IMG/VR virus record: IMGVR_UViG_3300036402_000062
Span: 135-64,134 of that record
Source of the DNA: a virus
Reading direction: 5' to 3' (one strand)
Length of the DNA: 64,000 bases
In this document: piece by piece, positions 36,590 through 46,315 of the stretch
Layout: each line of letters begins with the position of its first letter
Position numbering within the stretch: the stretch's first letter is position 1
Notes under the pieces: model-generated
What the model was told of the DNA's origin: nothing
Databases searched by the model: none
The model's input: the letters and a program-made list of their open reading frames with translations, nothing else
Translations under genes and position numbers: made by a program

Positions 36590-37965
36590 TGGGGTTCCTC
36601 GCCTCGCTCGTCGCGCCGGATCCGCAGCGCGTGAACGCCGCCTTCCAGGAAGGGTTCTGGGAGAACTTCCTCACGAAGTCCGCTGCCGGCAAGAGCGTCT
36701 CGGTGGAGACAGCCCTGCAGGTGATGGCGGTACTCGGATGCGTGAAGGTCATCTCGGAAGACGTGGCGCAGGTCTCGCGCGGCTTGTTCAAGAAGCGCGA
36801 TGGAGACTCCGGCGGTAGCGATGAGCGGCGCGATCACCAAATCGGCCGCCTGTTCTTGCGTCGCGCAAACGAGTGGCAGACCGGCTTCGAGTTCCTTGAG
36901 ACGTTGGTGATCCACACAGCGTTGGCTGGGCGCTTCATCGCATTCAAGAATGTGGTGCGCGGCCAGATTCGCGAGCTGATCCCGTTCCAGCCGCACCAGG
37001 TCGAGCCGGTGATGGTGGAAATCGCCGGCGGCCGGCGGCAGCTGGTGTACCGCGCAACGCTGAATGGCGAGTCGAAAGACCTGCCGCCGTCGGCGGTGTG
37101 GCACGTCAAGGGGCCGAGTTGGAACGGGTGGGACGGCATGGAAGTGCTGAAGCTAGCCAGGGAGGCGATCGGTCTGTCCATCGCTACCGGTGAATCTCAC
37201 TCGCTGATGCACGCGAACGGCGCTCAGGCCTCGGGCATCTACAGCGTCGACGGCAACCTGGACGACAAGCAATACAAGGCGCTGCGGGACTGGATCGACA
37301 AGTCGGTCACCGGATCGAACAAGTTCAAGCCGTTCGTGCTGGACCGCGGCGGCAAGTGGATTCAAACCGCCATGTCGGGCGTGGATGCGCAGCACATCGA
37401 GACACGCAAGTTCCAGATCGAAGAGGTGTGCCGGGCGTTCCGCGTGATGCCCATCATGATCGGCTTCTCCGACAAGACGGCCACCTTCGCCAGCGCCGAG
37501 CAGATGTTCCAGGCGCACGTGAAGTACACGCTGGGCGCCTGGTTCCGCCGCCTCGAGGAGTCGATCGGCACGAACCTGCTGACCGACGACGAGTGGTCGC
37601 AGGGCTTCTATTTCAAGTTCCTGCCGATCTCGCTGCTGCGCGGCACGGAAAAGGACCGTGGCGAGTTCTATTACCGCATGTGGCAGATGGGCGCGCTTAA
37701 CCCGAACCAGATCCGCGGGATGGAGGAGATGAACCCTTACGAGGGCGGCGACGTTTACCGTGTGCCGGTCAACATGGCTGGCACTGACGACGAGCCGAAA
37801 GACGACGTTCCCCCCGGCGGCCAGCCGGCCGAGCCGCAGAACCGCCATCGCCTCAACGTCGGCCGCGTGCTCTCCGCGCGCAACGAGCGCCGCATCCGCG
37901 ACGCAGAAACCAACCTGCAGGACGTGCTCGCCGAACTGGGCGAGCAGCAGGAACCCCAGGAGTAG
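36589..37965 (+). CDS. HK97-family portal protein
   Basis: ETALQV.AV.GCVKVISEDVA, RKFQIEEVCRAFRV, NPNQIR.MEEMNP.EGGD. Confidence 0.95.
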   Translation: MGFLASLVAPDPQRVNAAFQEGFWENFLTKSAAGKSVSVETALQVMAVLGCVKVISEDVAQVSRGLFKKRDGDSGGSDERRDHQIGRLFLRRANEWQTGFEFLETLVIHTALAGRFIAFKNVVRGQIRELIPFQPHQVEPVMVEIAGGRRQLVYRATLNGESKDLPPSAVWHVKGPSWNGWDGMEVLKLAREAIGLSIATGESHSLMHANGAQASGIYSVDGNLDDKQYKALRDWIDKSVTGSNKFKPFVLDRGGKWIQTAMSGVDAQHIETRKFQIEEVCRAFRVMPIMIGFSDKTATFASAEQMFQAHVKYTLGAWFRRLEESIGTNLLTDDEWSQGFYFKFLPISLLRGTEKDRGEFYYRMWQMGALNPNQIRGMEEMNPYEGGDVYRVPVNMAGTDDEPKDDVPPGGQPAEPQNRHRLNVGRVLSARNERRIRDAETNLQDVLAELGEQQEPQE

Positions 37966-37969
37966 ACCT

Positions 37970-38848
37970 ATGCCGAAGAAGATATTTGACCTCGCCTCCA
38001 TGCGAGGCGTGATGAATCGTTGCCCCCAGGCCATGGGCCCAGGGGTCGTCCGTGTGGCGAAGGCCGAGGAGTCCGACGAGGCCGAAGTGTTCATCTACGG
38101 CGACATCGGAGGCTGGTGGGGCGGCGTCAGCGCGGAGGAGTTCGCCAAGGAGATCGGCGCCCTGGACGTCGGCACGCTGAACGTGCGCCTGAACAGCCCG
38201 GGCGGCCTGGTGTTCGAAGGGGTCGCGATCTACAACGCCCTTGCGCGGCACAAGGCCAAGGTGGTGATCCACATCGAAGGCATCGCCGCCAGCATCGCAT
38301 CGGTGATCGCGATGTCCGGCGACGAGATCCGCATTGCCGAGGGCTCGCGCTTCATGATCCACGACCCCTGGACCATCGTCATGGGCAGCGCGGACGACCT
38401 GCGGGCCGAAGCGGACGTGCTGGAGGGCCTGAAGTCGGACCTGATCGACATCTACGCAGCGCGCACCGAGCAAAGCCGCGATGACCTGTCCGACTGGATG
38501 ACGGTCGAGACGTGGCTCAGCGCCCGCGACGCCGTCGAAAAGGGGTTCGCCGACAGCATGACGCCGGCCAAGAAGAAGGAGAAGAAGGAAGCACACGCCC
38601 GTTCGGCGGTGATCCAGTTTTTCCGCAACGCACCCAAGGACCTGGTCGCAACTGGCGACGAAGCTCCCCCCATTCGTGAATTCGAAACCTTCCTCCGAGA
38701 CGGAGAAGGGCTTTCGCAGACCCAGGCCAAGCGCATTGCCGCTGCGGCCCGGGCCATCACCGTGCAACGTGACGATGCACGGCCGCCCCAACGTGACGAT
38801 GGGGCATCACTGCGGCTTGCCGCGCACATCCGCGCGCTCGCCGCGTAG
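37970..38848 (+). CDS. ClpP-like (S14) prohead protease
   Basis: IYGDIG, RLNSPGG.VFEG.AIYN.L, G.AASIASVI, FMIHDP, ETWLSA.DAVEKGFAD. Confidence 0.93.
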   Translation: MPKKIFDLASMRGVMNRCPQAMGPGVVRVAKAEESDEAEVFIYGDIGGWWGGVSAEEFAKEIGALDVGTLNVRLNSPGGLVFEGVAIYNALARHKAKVVIHIEGIAASIASVIAMSGDEIRIAEGSRFMIHDPWTIVMGSADDLRAEADVLEGLKSDLIDIYAARTEQSRDDLSDWMTVETWLSARDAVEKGFADSMTPAKKKEKKEAHARSAVIQFFRNAPKDLVATGDEAPPIREFETFLRDGEGLSQTQAKRIAAAARAITVQRDDARPPQRDDGASLRLAAHIRALAA

Positions 38849-38908
38849 CCCCGTCCCCCAGCCAACGAACCCGCCGCGAGCGGGTTTCTTACTTTCAGGA
38901 GTTTCAAA

Positions 38909-40150
38909 ATGGCAGAAAAAGACCCGACCCAAGCGGTCATGGAAGCGTTCAGCGAGTTCAAGTCCACTGTGGACAAGGAAATCGCCGCGAAAGCGGACGG
39001 CAAGGCCGTCGGTGACCTGACGGCCAAGATCGAGAAGCTGAATGCGGTGTTCGACAAGTTCGAGCCCATGAACCAGGCCGTCACGCTGGCTGGCCAGCAG
39101 TCGAAGGCGATGCAGGAGCAGCTCGATCGCGTCGAGACCATCCTGAACCGCCCGGGCGCGCTCGGTGGCGGCGACAAAGCCAAGGAAGCCAGCGCCAAGA
39201 TGGCCGCCGCGTTCGACCGCGTGATGCGCAAGCCCGCGGCCGACCGTGACGCCGCGGACATGGAGACGCTGCGCCACATGAACACCCTGGTCAAGGGCAA
39301 CGACGCCGGCGCCGGCTACCTGCTGGCACCGCCCGAGATGCAGAAGGACATCCTGAAGAACATCGTCGAGATGACGCCGGTCCGCGCGATCTGCAGCGTC
39401 AAGACGATCGGCAGCCAGAGCTACAAGCGCCCGAAGCGCACCGGCACCGCCACCGCCACCCGCGTGGGCGAGATCGGCACGCGCGTGAACACGGGCGATC
39501 CGGCCTACGGCATGCTGGAGATCATGGCGCCGGAGCTGTTCGCGCGCATCGAGGTCTCCCAGCAGATGCTGGAAGATTCCGACTACGACCTGATGGGCGA
39601 GCTGCGCGACGAGGCCGCGGAGCAGTTCTCGTACAAGGAAGGTTACGAGTCCATCAACGGCACCGGCGCCGGCACCAACCAGTGCGAGGGCATCCTGAAC
39701 AACGCCGACGTGGGCGAGGTGGTGTCCGGCTCGGCGGCGGCGATCACTGCCGACGGCATGATCGACCTGTACCACGCGGTGAAGACCGGCTACACCCGCA
39801 ACGGGCTGTTCGGCCTCAACCGCGCGTCGCTCAAGGCGGTGCGCAAGCTGAAGGACACCACGAACCAGTACCTGTGGATCCCGGGCATCGCCAACGCGGC
39901 GCCCAACACGATCCTGGGCGCGCCGTACGTGGAAATGCCCGACCTGGCCGACCCCGCCGCCAACGTGTACCCGGTGCTGTACGGCGACTTTCGCCAGGGC
40001 TACGCGCTGGTGGACCGCATCGGCATCAGCTTCCAGGTGGACTTCACCACCGGCGCCGACTCCGGCCTGGTCGTCTTCCGCGCGCGCAAGCGCACCGGCG
40101 GCGGCGTGCTGAAGGCCGAGGCGATCAAGAAGCTGAAGTGCTCGGCCTGA
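38909..40150 (+). CDS. HK97-fold major capsid protein
   Basis: Delta domain, AGYLLAPPE, SQQMLEDS, G.G.NQ.EGILN, YGDFRQGY. Confidence 0.95.
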   Translation: MAEKDPTQAVMEAFSEFKSTVDKEIAAKADGKAVGDLTAKIEKLNAVFDKFEPMNQAVTLAGQQSKAMQEQLDRVETILNRPGALGGGDKAKEASAKMAAAFDRVMRKPAADRDAADMETLRHMNTLVKGNDAGAGYLLAPPEMQKDILKNIVEMTPVRAICSVKTIGSQSYKRPKRTGTATATRVGEIGTRVNTGDPAYGMLEIMAPELFARIEVSQQMLEDSDYDLMGELRDEAAEQFSYKEGYESINGTGAGTNQCEGILNNADVGEVVSGSAAAITADGMIDLYHAVKTGYTRNGLFGLNRASLKAVRKLKDTTNQYLWIPGIANAAPNTILGAPYVEMPDLADPAANVYPVLYGDFRQGYALVDRIGISFQVDFTTGADSGLVVFRARKRTGGGVLKAEAIKKLKCSA

Positions 40151-40186
40151 TCGGGCTCTGACCTGATCGACAGCTGACGACCACAG

Positions 40187-40207
40187 GCCCGCTTCGGCGG
40201 GCCTTTC
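40187..40207 (+). terminator. hairpin/terminator after MCP
   Basis: GGCCCGC-TTCG-GCGGGCC-TTT. Confidence 0.55.
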
Positions 40208-40248
40208 ACATCCCCCTTCAATTTCCGTTTTCTGCGAGGAACCCCATC

Positions 40249-40677
40249 ATGGATCTCCACAACAACGTCAAGCAGGTGCAGGCCATCATCCCTGCCGCCA
40301 TCGGCGCCAACGCCACCAAGACCGGCCCCGTCATTGACCGCAAGGGTTACGGCGGCGTCGAGTTCATCACGTCCTACGGCTCGGTCACCACGACCGGCAG
40401 TGTGGTGACGGTGGTGGTGAAGGAAGGCGACGTCACCGGCACGATGACCAGCGTGGCAGATGCCGACCTGATCGGCACCGAGGCGCTGGCCAGCCTGCTG
40501 GCCGCGACGCCGCGCAGCGCCGGCACCACGAAAGAGGTGTCCAAGCGCGTCGGCTACCGCGGCAGCAAGCGCTACGTCCAGATGCTGATGGTGCAGACCG
40601 GCGTCACGTCGGTCGGCGCCGTGGCGGCGAGCGCACTGCTGTTCAACCCGGCGAATGCGCCGGTCGTGAACCCCTGA
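40249..40677 (+). CDS. putative capsid decoration/accessory protein
   Basis: Beta-rich Thr/Val/Ala/Gly composition; IDRKGY; position after MCP. Confidence 0.65.
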   Translation: MDLHNNVKQVQAIIPAAIGANATKTGPVIDRKGYGGVEFITSYGSVTTTGSVVTVVVKEGDVTGTMTSVADADLIGTEALASLLAATPRSAGTTKEVSKRVGYRGSKRYVQMLMVQTGVTSVGAVAASALLFNPANAPVVNP

Positions 40678-40757
40678 TGCTGCTTACGGCTGCCGGCTCG
40701 CCCCGGCAGCGCGGGACAACGTAACCCGCACCTCCAACTCTGGCGAGAGAGATTCAC

Positions 40758-42143
40758 ATGACATTGCACAGTGGCGAGCGCCAGGTGGCGCCGACAGTAG
40801 AAGGTGTGCGGGCAGATCACGTAGCACGGTACCAATGGGCGGCGGCCACGCTGCCGCATGGCAGCTACGTGGTGGACGTCGGCTGCGGCATCGGATACGG
40901 CGCGCGGATCCTGGCAGAGGCTGGACATCGCGTGCTGGCCGTCGACGTCGACGCCGAGACGATCGCATATGCCATCCAGCACTACGCGCACGAGAACATC
41001 GAGTTTCGCAGTGCCAGCGTCACGGACGAAGGACAACTGCAGGGATTGCTGCTCACGCGTGCGCCCGAAGCGGCCGTGTGCTTCGAGATGATCGAGCACG
41101 TCGCCGACCCGCTGCCGATGCTGCGCCAGCTGCGCCAGTGCGTGCGGACCTTGCTCGCCAGCGTGCCGAACGAAGAAGTGTTCCCGTGGCAGGGCTACGC
41201 CTTCCACTTCCGGCACTACACGAGGGAGCAGTTTCGCAAACTACTCACGGATGCGGGATTCCAGTCGACTCGCTGGCTTGGCCAGCTGGGCCCGACGTCA
41301 GCGGTCAATACCGGCGTCAACGGCCGCACGTTGCTCTCGGTGGCGGTGGCGGACGAGGGCAGCGGCGCCCCGACGCACCGGGTGGAGCGGTCGCAGGCCC
41401 AGCGTACGGCTGACGCGAAGCCCGCGCCCAAGCACGTGGCGCTCCTCGGACTCGGTCCGAGCGTGCGGCAGTTCCTCGAAGTGACGAAGAGGATGGGCGG
41501 CCGGCGCGCGTTCTGCGACGAGGTGTGGGGCATCAACGCCCTGGGCGATGTCTTCGCGTGCGATCGCATCCTGCACATGGACGACGTGAGGGTGCAAGAG
41601 ATCCGAGCTGCGGCAAAACCCGACTCGAACATCGCGCACATGCTGAAGTGGCTGAAGACGCACCCGGGCCCGGTGGTGACCAGTCGGGCGCATCCAGATT
41701 ACCCCGGTCTGGTGGAGTTCCCCCTGGCCGCGGTCGTGACGGAGTTCCCGCTGGCCTATTTCAACAGCACGGCCGCCTACGCGGTCGCGTACGCGCTGCA
41801 CCTGGGCGTGGAGAAGATCAGCTGCTGGGGCTTCGACTTCACCTATGAGGATGCGCACCACGCCGAGAAGGGCCGTGCCTGCGTGGAGTTCTGGCTCGGT
41901 ATCGCGGCCGCGCGCGGCGTCGAAATCGCCATGCCGCGCACCACCAGCCTGATGGACGCCTGCAATCCGCAGGACCAGCGCTTCTACGGGTACGACACGC
42001 TGCACCTTGACATGCACCGCGGCGCCGACGGCGTGACCGTCACCCGCACCGAGCGGGAGAAGCTGCCGACGGCCGAAGAAATCGAGCGGCTCTACGACCA
42101 CTCGCGCCATCCCAACCAGCTGGTGGAAGCCGGCGAAGGCTGA
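40758..42143 (+). CDS. class I SAM methyltransferase fused to a DUF115/Maf/GT29-like transferase domain
   Basis: N-term H.ARY..A, VVDVGCGIGYG, VCFEMIEHV; C-term VALLGLGPS, VWGINA, NSTAAYA..YALHLG..I..WGFDF. Confidence 0.75.
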   Translation: MTLHSGERQVAPTVEGVRADHVARYQWAAATLPHGSYVVDVGCGIGYGARILAEAGHRVLAVDVDAETIAYAIQHYAHENIEFRSASVTDEGQLQGLLLTRAPEAAVCFEMIEHVADPLPMLRQLRQCVRTLLASVPNEEVFPWQGYAFHFRHYTREQFRKLLTDAGFQSTRWLGQLGPTSAVNTGVNGRTLLSVAVADEGSGAPTHRVERSQAQRTADAKPAPKHVALLGLGPSVRQFLEVTKRMGGRRAFCDEVWGINALGDVFACDRILHMDDVRVQEIRAAAKPDSNIAHMLKWLKTHPGPVVTSRAHPDYPGLVEFPLAAVVTEFPLAYFNSTAAYAVAYALHLGVEKISCWGFDFTYEDAHHAEKGRACVEFWLGIAAARGVEIAMPRTTSLMDACNPQDQRFYGYDTLHLDMHRGADGVTVTRTEREKLPTAEEIERLYDHSRHPNQLVEAGEG

Positions 42144-42146
42144 ACA

Positions 42147-42746
42147 ATGGACTTCAAGGTCGTCACCGCCGTCACCACCGAGCCCGTCACGCTGGCCGAG
42201 GCGCGCCTGCAGCTGCACTTGACGGCGAGCGACAGCACCGCGGAGGACTCGCTGATCACGATGTGGATCAGCGCGTCGCGCGAGGTCGCGGAGCACTACA
42301 CCGGCTGGGCGCTTGCGCCGCAGACGCTCGAGGCGGCTGCGGATGCGTTTCCGGCATGCGGGGAATCGTTCGTGCTGCCGATGCCGCCAGTGGCATCGAT
42401 CACGCACATCAAGTACACGGACGAGGATGGGGCCGAGCAGACCCTCTCCAGCGGCACCTACGCGCTGAACACGTACGGCGACAGCCGGATCGTGGCGCTC
42501 ACCTACGACAGCGAGTGGCCGGACACCAGGTGCGAGCCCAACGCGGTGCGCATCCGGTACGCCACGGGTTACGGAACGGCTGTCGCCGAAGCAACCCCGT
42601 TCCCGCACAAGAAGGCCGTGAGGTCCGCCATCCTGCTGATGGTGGCCTGGATGAACGAGCACCGCGGCGACGAGATGAACCCGGACGACATCCAGCCGCC
42701 CGCAGCGAAGGCGCTACTGGGCACTCTGAAGCTCTGGGCGCGCTGA
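42147..42746 (+). CDS. head-tail connector (gp6/gp8-like)
   Basis: EPVTLAEARLQL, AEHYTG.AL..QT, AVRIRY..GY, AILL.VA...EHR. Confidence 0.9.
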   Translation: MDFKVVTAVTTEPVTLAEARLQLHLTASDSTAEDSLITMWISASREVAEHYTGWALAPQTLEAAADAFPACGESFVLPMPPVASITHIKYTDEDGAEQTLSSGTYALNTYGDSRIVALTYDSEWPDTRCEPNAVRIRYATGYGTAVAEATPFPHKKAVRSAILLMVAWMNEHRGDEMNPDDIQPPAAKALLGTLKLWAR

Positions 42747-42766
42747 AACCACAGGAGAACCACCCC

Positions 42767-43150
42767 ATGAATCTCGCACGACACTTGCGCCGCGGGCTTG
42801 CTGCGGCATGCTTGCTCCTCGCACTGGGCGCCCTCGCGGCGCAGCAGACGGTCCTTGTATCCGCGGCGACGGTGACCGGCGCGACCACCATGGTGACGCT
42901 GTCCGGCGGCGGCACGAAGACCTTCCAGGCATCGGGCACTACCACCGCAGGCGCTGGTTCGGTGACCGTCGGCGTCCAGTGCTCCCTGGATGGGGTCAAC
43001 TGGGACACGCTCGGCACCATCACGCTGACGCTGTCCACCACGACCGCCAGCAACAGCTTCAGCAGCAATGACCGATGCGTGAATCACAGGGCGAACGTGA
43101 CTGCGATCAGCGGCACCGGCGCGTCCGTCACCGTCCGAGTGGGGATGTAA
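42767..43150 (+). CDS. signal-peptide-bearing beta-rich protein
   Basis: MNLARHLRRGLAAACLLLALGALAA; Thr/Ser-rich jelly-roll-like body. Confidence 0.7.
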   Translation: MNLARHLRRGLAAACLLLALGALAAQQTVLVSAATVTGATTMVTLSGGGTKTFQASGTTTAGAGSVTVGVQCSLDGVNWDTLGTITLTLSTTTASNSFSSNDRCVNHRANVTAISGTGASVTVRVGM

Positions 43151-43153
43151 GCC

Positions 43154-43708
43154 ATGCGCCGCATCCTTTCCCTGCTGCTCGCCTGCGCGATGGCGCTCGC
43201 GACGCCTGTCGCCTTCCCGCAAGTCTCCGTCGATGCCTCCAAGACCGGCGTTTCGCGCTCGATGCACCTCCTGTGCAGCTCGGCTTCTGCAGCAACTGTC
43301 ACCGGCATCCTGACCGAGACCACTCTGGCGACTTGCTCAGTCCCTGCGGGTGCAATGGGTGCCACGGGCGGTGTCCAGATCCGAACATCCTGGACTGTCA
43401 CGAACAGCGCGAACAGCAAGACACTGCGCGCTCGGTTTGGCGGCGTTTCCGGGGCGGCCTACCAAGCGATGGCGGTCACGAGTTCTGTTGCAGTCAGCGA
43501 TCTGAAGGTCATCCGCAACCGCAATTCGGCCACATCGCAAGTGGGATCGTTTTCAGCCGCGGGGTTCGGCTACGGGGCAGGGTCCGCCCCACTCACCACG
43601 TCCACTGTTGATACGAACGCCGCTGTGGACATCGTGATTTCAGGCCAACTCGCCAATACGGGTGAGAGCATCACCCTGGAGTCGTACGAGGTTTGGCTGC
43701 TGCCGTAG
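43154..43708 (+). CDS. signal-peptide-bearing beta-rich protein
   Basis: MRRILSLLLACAMALATPVAFP; Thr/Ser/Ala-rich. Confidence 0.7.
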   Translation: MRRILSLLLACAMALATPVAFPQVSVDASKTGVSRSMHLLCSSASAATVTGILTETTLATCSVPAGAMGATGGVQIRTSWTVTNSANSKTLRARFGGVSGAAYQAMAVTSSVAVSDLKVIRNRNSATSQVGSFSAAGFGYGAGSAPLTTSTVDTNAAVDIVISGQLANTGESITLESYEVWLLP

Positions 43709-43710
43709 CC

Positions 43711-44028
43711 ATGCAGATCGGCAAGCTCAATCGGCTGGTGACCATCCAGCAGCTGGCCGCCGGCCAAGACGCCGCTGGCCAGCCGGTGCAGACCTGGTCC
43801 ACGCTCGCGACCGTCTGGGCGAACATCCGGCACCTCTCCGGCGTGGAGACCATCAAGGCCGGCGCCGAGACTTCGGCGGTAAAGGCCTCGATCAGGATCC
43901 GCCGCCGCACCGACGTGACCACGGCGATGCGCGTCGTGCACGGCTCCACCACCTACGAGATCAAGGCAGTGCTGCCGGACGAGGAGTGCCGCGAGCGCGT
44001 CGATCTGGTGTGTGAGGTCATCGCATGA
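43711..44028 (+). CDS. head closure (head-tail joining, SPP1 gp16-like)
   Basis: IGKLNRLVTIQ...D..GQ...W..ATVWA; IR.RTDVT..MRV. Confidence 0.9.
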   Translation: MQIGKLNRLVTIQQLAAGQDAAGQPVQTWSTLATVWANIRHLSGVETIKAGAETSAVKASIRIRRRTDVTTAMRVVHGSTTYEIKAVLPDEECRERVDLVCEVIA

Positions 44029-44468
44029 GCGGTTCCTTTTCGATCAAGTTCGATCCAGCGGCGCTGAATGCCGGGCTTGACGAACTGGCCAGGGGATCGG
44101 CGGAACAGGTCCGGCCGGCCGCACAGGCCGGCGCACAAGTGCTGTACGAGGAAGTGAAGATACGCGCGCCAGTCAAGGCAAAGCCGACCGTACGCAAGGG
44201 CAAGGTGCTTCCGCCCGGAGCGCTGAAAGCATCGATTTACCAGGTGTTCAGCCGCAGCAACTCGGACGCCACGCACGCCACCTATCACATCAGCTGGAAC
44301 GCCAAAAAAGCCCCACACGGCCACCTGGTGGAGGTCGGCACCAGCCGCGCGCCGGCGCATCCCTTCCTGCGCCCCGCTTATGACGCCAAGGTGCGCGAGG
44401 CGCTTGCAGCGGCGAACCAGGCATGGATCGATGGCACCCGCAAGGTGCTCGCAGGGATGGGCGCATGA
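44025..44468 (+). CDS. HK97 gp10-like tail completion protein
   Basis: AP..GALK.SI, HLVE.GTS...AHPFLRPA. Confidence 0.88.
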   Translation: MSGSFSIKFDPAALNAGLDELARGSAEQVRPAAQAGAQVLYEEVKIRAPVKAKPTVRKGKVLPPGALKASIYQVFSRSNSDATHATYHISWNAKKAPHGHLVEVGTSRAPAHPFLRPAYDAKVREALAAANQAWIDGTRKVLAGMGA

Positions 44469-44815
44469 CGATCGAAACTGACTTTTCCGACTGCATCAAG
44501 TCGCTGACGACGAACCGCTGCTACCCCGACGTCGCGCCGCATTCGCCGACGCTGCCGTACACCGTCTACCAGCAGGTCGGCGGCGAAGCCGAGAGCTTCC
44601 TGGAGGGCGGGACGGTGCCCAAGCGCAACGCCCGCATGCAGGTCGCGTCTTGGGCGGCCACGCGCCTGGCAGCTGCAGCCCTCGCCCGGTCCGTGGAGGA
44701 CGCGCTGGTCGCCAGCACGACGCTGCGTGCGACGCCGCTCGGTGCCATGACGGCCGACTACGACGAAGAGACGCGCCGCTTCGGCGCCCGCCAGGACTTC
44801 AGCGTCTGGTACTGA
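44465..44815 (+). CDS. tail terminator (DUF3168)
   Basis: YP.VAP....PY.VYQQVGG; QV..WA.TR; D..VW. Confidence 0.85.
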   Translation: MTIETDFSDCIKSLTTNRCYPDVAPHSPTLPYTVYQQVGGEAESFLEGGTVPKRNARMQVASWAATRLAAAALARSVEDALVASTTLRATPLGAMTADYDEETRRFGARQDFSVWY

Positions 44816-44854
44816 CGCACTGAGTTTCCCGCCCGTTTCGGGCAACAGCAACCG

Positions 44855-44880
44855 GCCGCCTTTGGGCGGCTTTTTCTTTT
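44855..44880 (+). terminator. intrinsic terminator within the late operon
   Basis: GCCGCC-TTTG-GGCGGC-TTTTTCTTTT. Confidence 0.65.
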
Positions 44881-44902
44881 CCAGACCCGAAAGGCCCATG
44901 TC

Positions 44903-45691
44903 ATGAAAATCAAGCGCTTCCTCCCTCTGCTCTTCGCGGCCGCCCTCGCCGCTGTGTCGGTCGCGGCGCAGGCCGCTGGCGTGGACGTGAACGGCTTCAT
45001 CGCCGCGCACAGCGACGCCATCACCGGCTTGGCCATGGTCGGCTCGGTTTCCCTCCCGAACGGCGCCCTGGTGCACATCGCCAGCGGCTACGGAGCGTCG
45101 AAGACGATGTCCGCGATCACCAACGCCTCCGCGGCGGTGGCAACGCTGGAAGCTTCGCACGGAGTCATCGTCAACGACATCATCGAGGTGACCTCCGGCT
45201 GGTCCCGCCTGAACAACAAGGTGGTGCGCGCCTCCGTGATCTCCACCAATGACGTGACGCTGGAAGGCATCGTCAGCACGTCGACCGCCATCTACCCGGC
45301 CGGTACCGGCACGGGCTCGGTGCGCGAGATCACTGGGTGGACCCAGCTGCAGCAGATCCTTGACTCCGGTTCCAACGGCGGCGAGCAGCAGTTTCTCGAG
45401 TTCCAATTTCTTGAAGGCGACGCGCAGGTGCGCATCCCGACGTTCAAGAATGCCGCGGGCCTTTCCTTCAGCATCGCGGACGACCCGACCCTGGCCGGCT
45501 ACCTGCTCGCGTCTGAAGCGAACGACGACCGGCTGCAGCGCGCGGTGCGGATCACGCTGCCGTCGAGCGCGAAGATCTATTACAACGCGTATATCAGCCT
45601 GAACAAGACGCCGTCGCTGAACGTCAACCAGCTGATGGCATGCCAGGTCACGTTGTCGCTGCTGAACGAGCCGGTGCGCTACACCTCGTAA
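44903..45691 (+). CDS. major tail tube protein with signal-peptide-like N-terminal extension
   Basis: SVSLPNGA core start, SGWSRLN, GGEQQF..QFLE, PSLNVNQ; preceded by MKIKRFLPLLFAAALAAVSVAAQAA. Confidence 0.88.
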   Translation: MKIKRFLPLLFAAALAAVSVAAQAAGVDVNGFIAAHSDAITGLAMVGSVSLPNGALVHIASGYGASKTMSAITNASAAVATLEASHGVIVNDIIEVTSGWSRLNNKVVRASVISTNDVTLEGIVSTSTAIYPAGTGTGSVREITGWTQLQQILDSGSNGGEQQFLEFQFLEGDAQVRIPTFKNAAGLSFSIADDPTLAGYLLASEANDDRLQRAVRITLPSSAKIYYNAYISLNKTPSLNVNQLMACQVTLSLLNEPVRYTS

Positions 45692-45694
45692 GCC

Positions 45695-46006
45695 ATGGCG
45701 AAGCTGCAATTGAAAGCGGCGCCCACCTTCCAGGCGGAGGTGGGCATTCCTGCTGCTGGTGGTGTGGTGACGAACGTCTCCATGACGTTCAAGCACCGCA
45801 CGAAGAGCGAGCTGGACGAGTTCATCAAGGGCCGCGTCGGCAAGTCCGACGTGGAGTCCTTCATGGAAATGGTCACCGGCTGGGAACTGGAGGACGAGTT
45901 CACGGAGGCATCGGTCAAGACGCTCCTGGAGAACTACATCGGCGCAGCGCAGGAGACGTTCTTCAAATACGTCGACGAGCTGGTCCAGGCCAAGCGAAAA
46001 AACTGA
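45695..46006 (+). CDS. tail assembly chaperone (gpG-like)
   Basis: After the tail tube gene; ends at slippery A-AAA-AAC. Confidence 0.85.
   Translation: MAKLQLKAAPTFQAEVGIPAAGGVVTNVSMTFKHRTKSELDEFIKGRVGKSDVESFMEMVTGWELEDEFTEASVKTLLENYIGAAQETFFKYVDELVQAKRKN
45997..46003 (+). other. programmed -1 frameshift site (A AAA AAC)
   Basis: X-XXY-YYZ heptamer in frame before TGA 46004-46006; the -1 frame is open to 46314. Confidence 0.8.
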
Positions 46007-46314
46007 CGGCGGCAGCTCGTGGGCTCTACACCGAGGGACCCACCGAGCAGGAAGCCGCGCAGTTTGGCCTGACGGTCGAAGAGGCGGAGCAGACGGTGGA
46101 AGTCTGGCCGGACAACTGGCTGTCCGTGAACACGTTCGCCGCGCTCTCCACGCAGTGGCGCGTGGGCGTGTCCGGCCCCATCGGCCTCGACTACACGGCG
46201 ATCCCCGATGTGATGCGGATGACCGGCGTTCCGCGAGCGGAATGGCCGGAAGTGTTCGACTGCATCCGGGTGATGGAAGTCGCCGCGCTGCGCAAGCTGC
46301 GCGAGAAGAAATAG
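45997..46314 (+). CDS. tail assembly chaperone gpT-like extension (DUF1799-like)
   Basis: VWPDNW...F...TQWR.G..G..GLDY...IRVME.AAL reached by the -1 shift. Confidence 0.82.
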   Translation, partial: KKLTAAARGLYTEGPTEQEAAQFGLTVEEAEQTVEVWPDNWLSVNTFAALSTQWRVGVSGPIGLDYTAIPDVMRMTGVPRAEWPEVFDCIRVMEVAALRKLREKK

Positions 46315-46315
46315 A

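Noticed and set aside
38807-39775. Long minus-strand ORFs across the capsid, terminase, portal and tape measure genes
   Set aside because: Shadow frames of well-supported structural genes.
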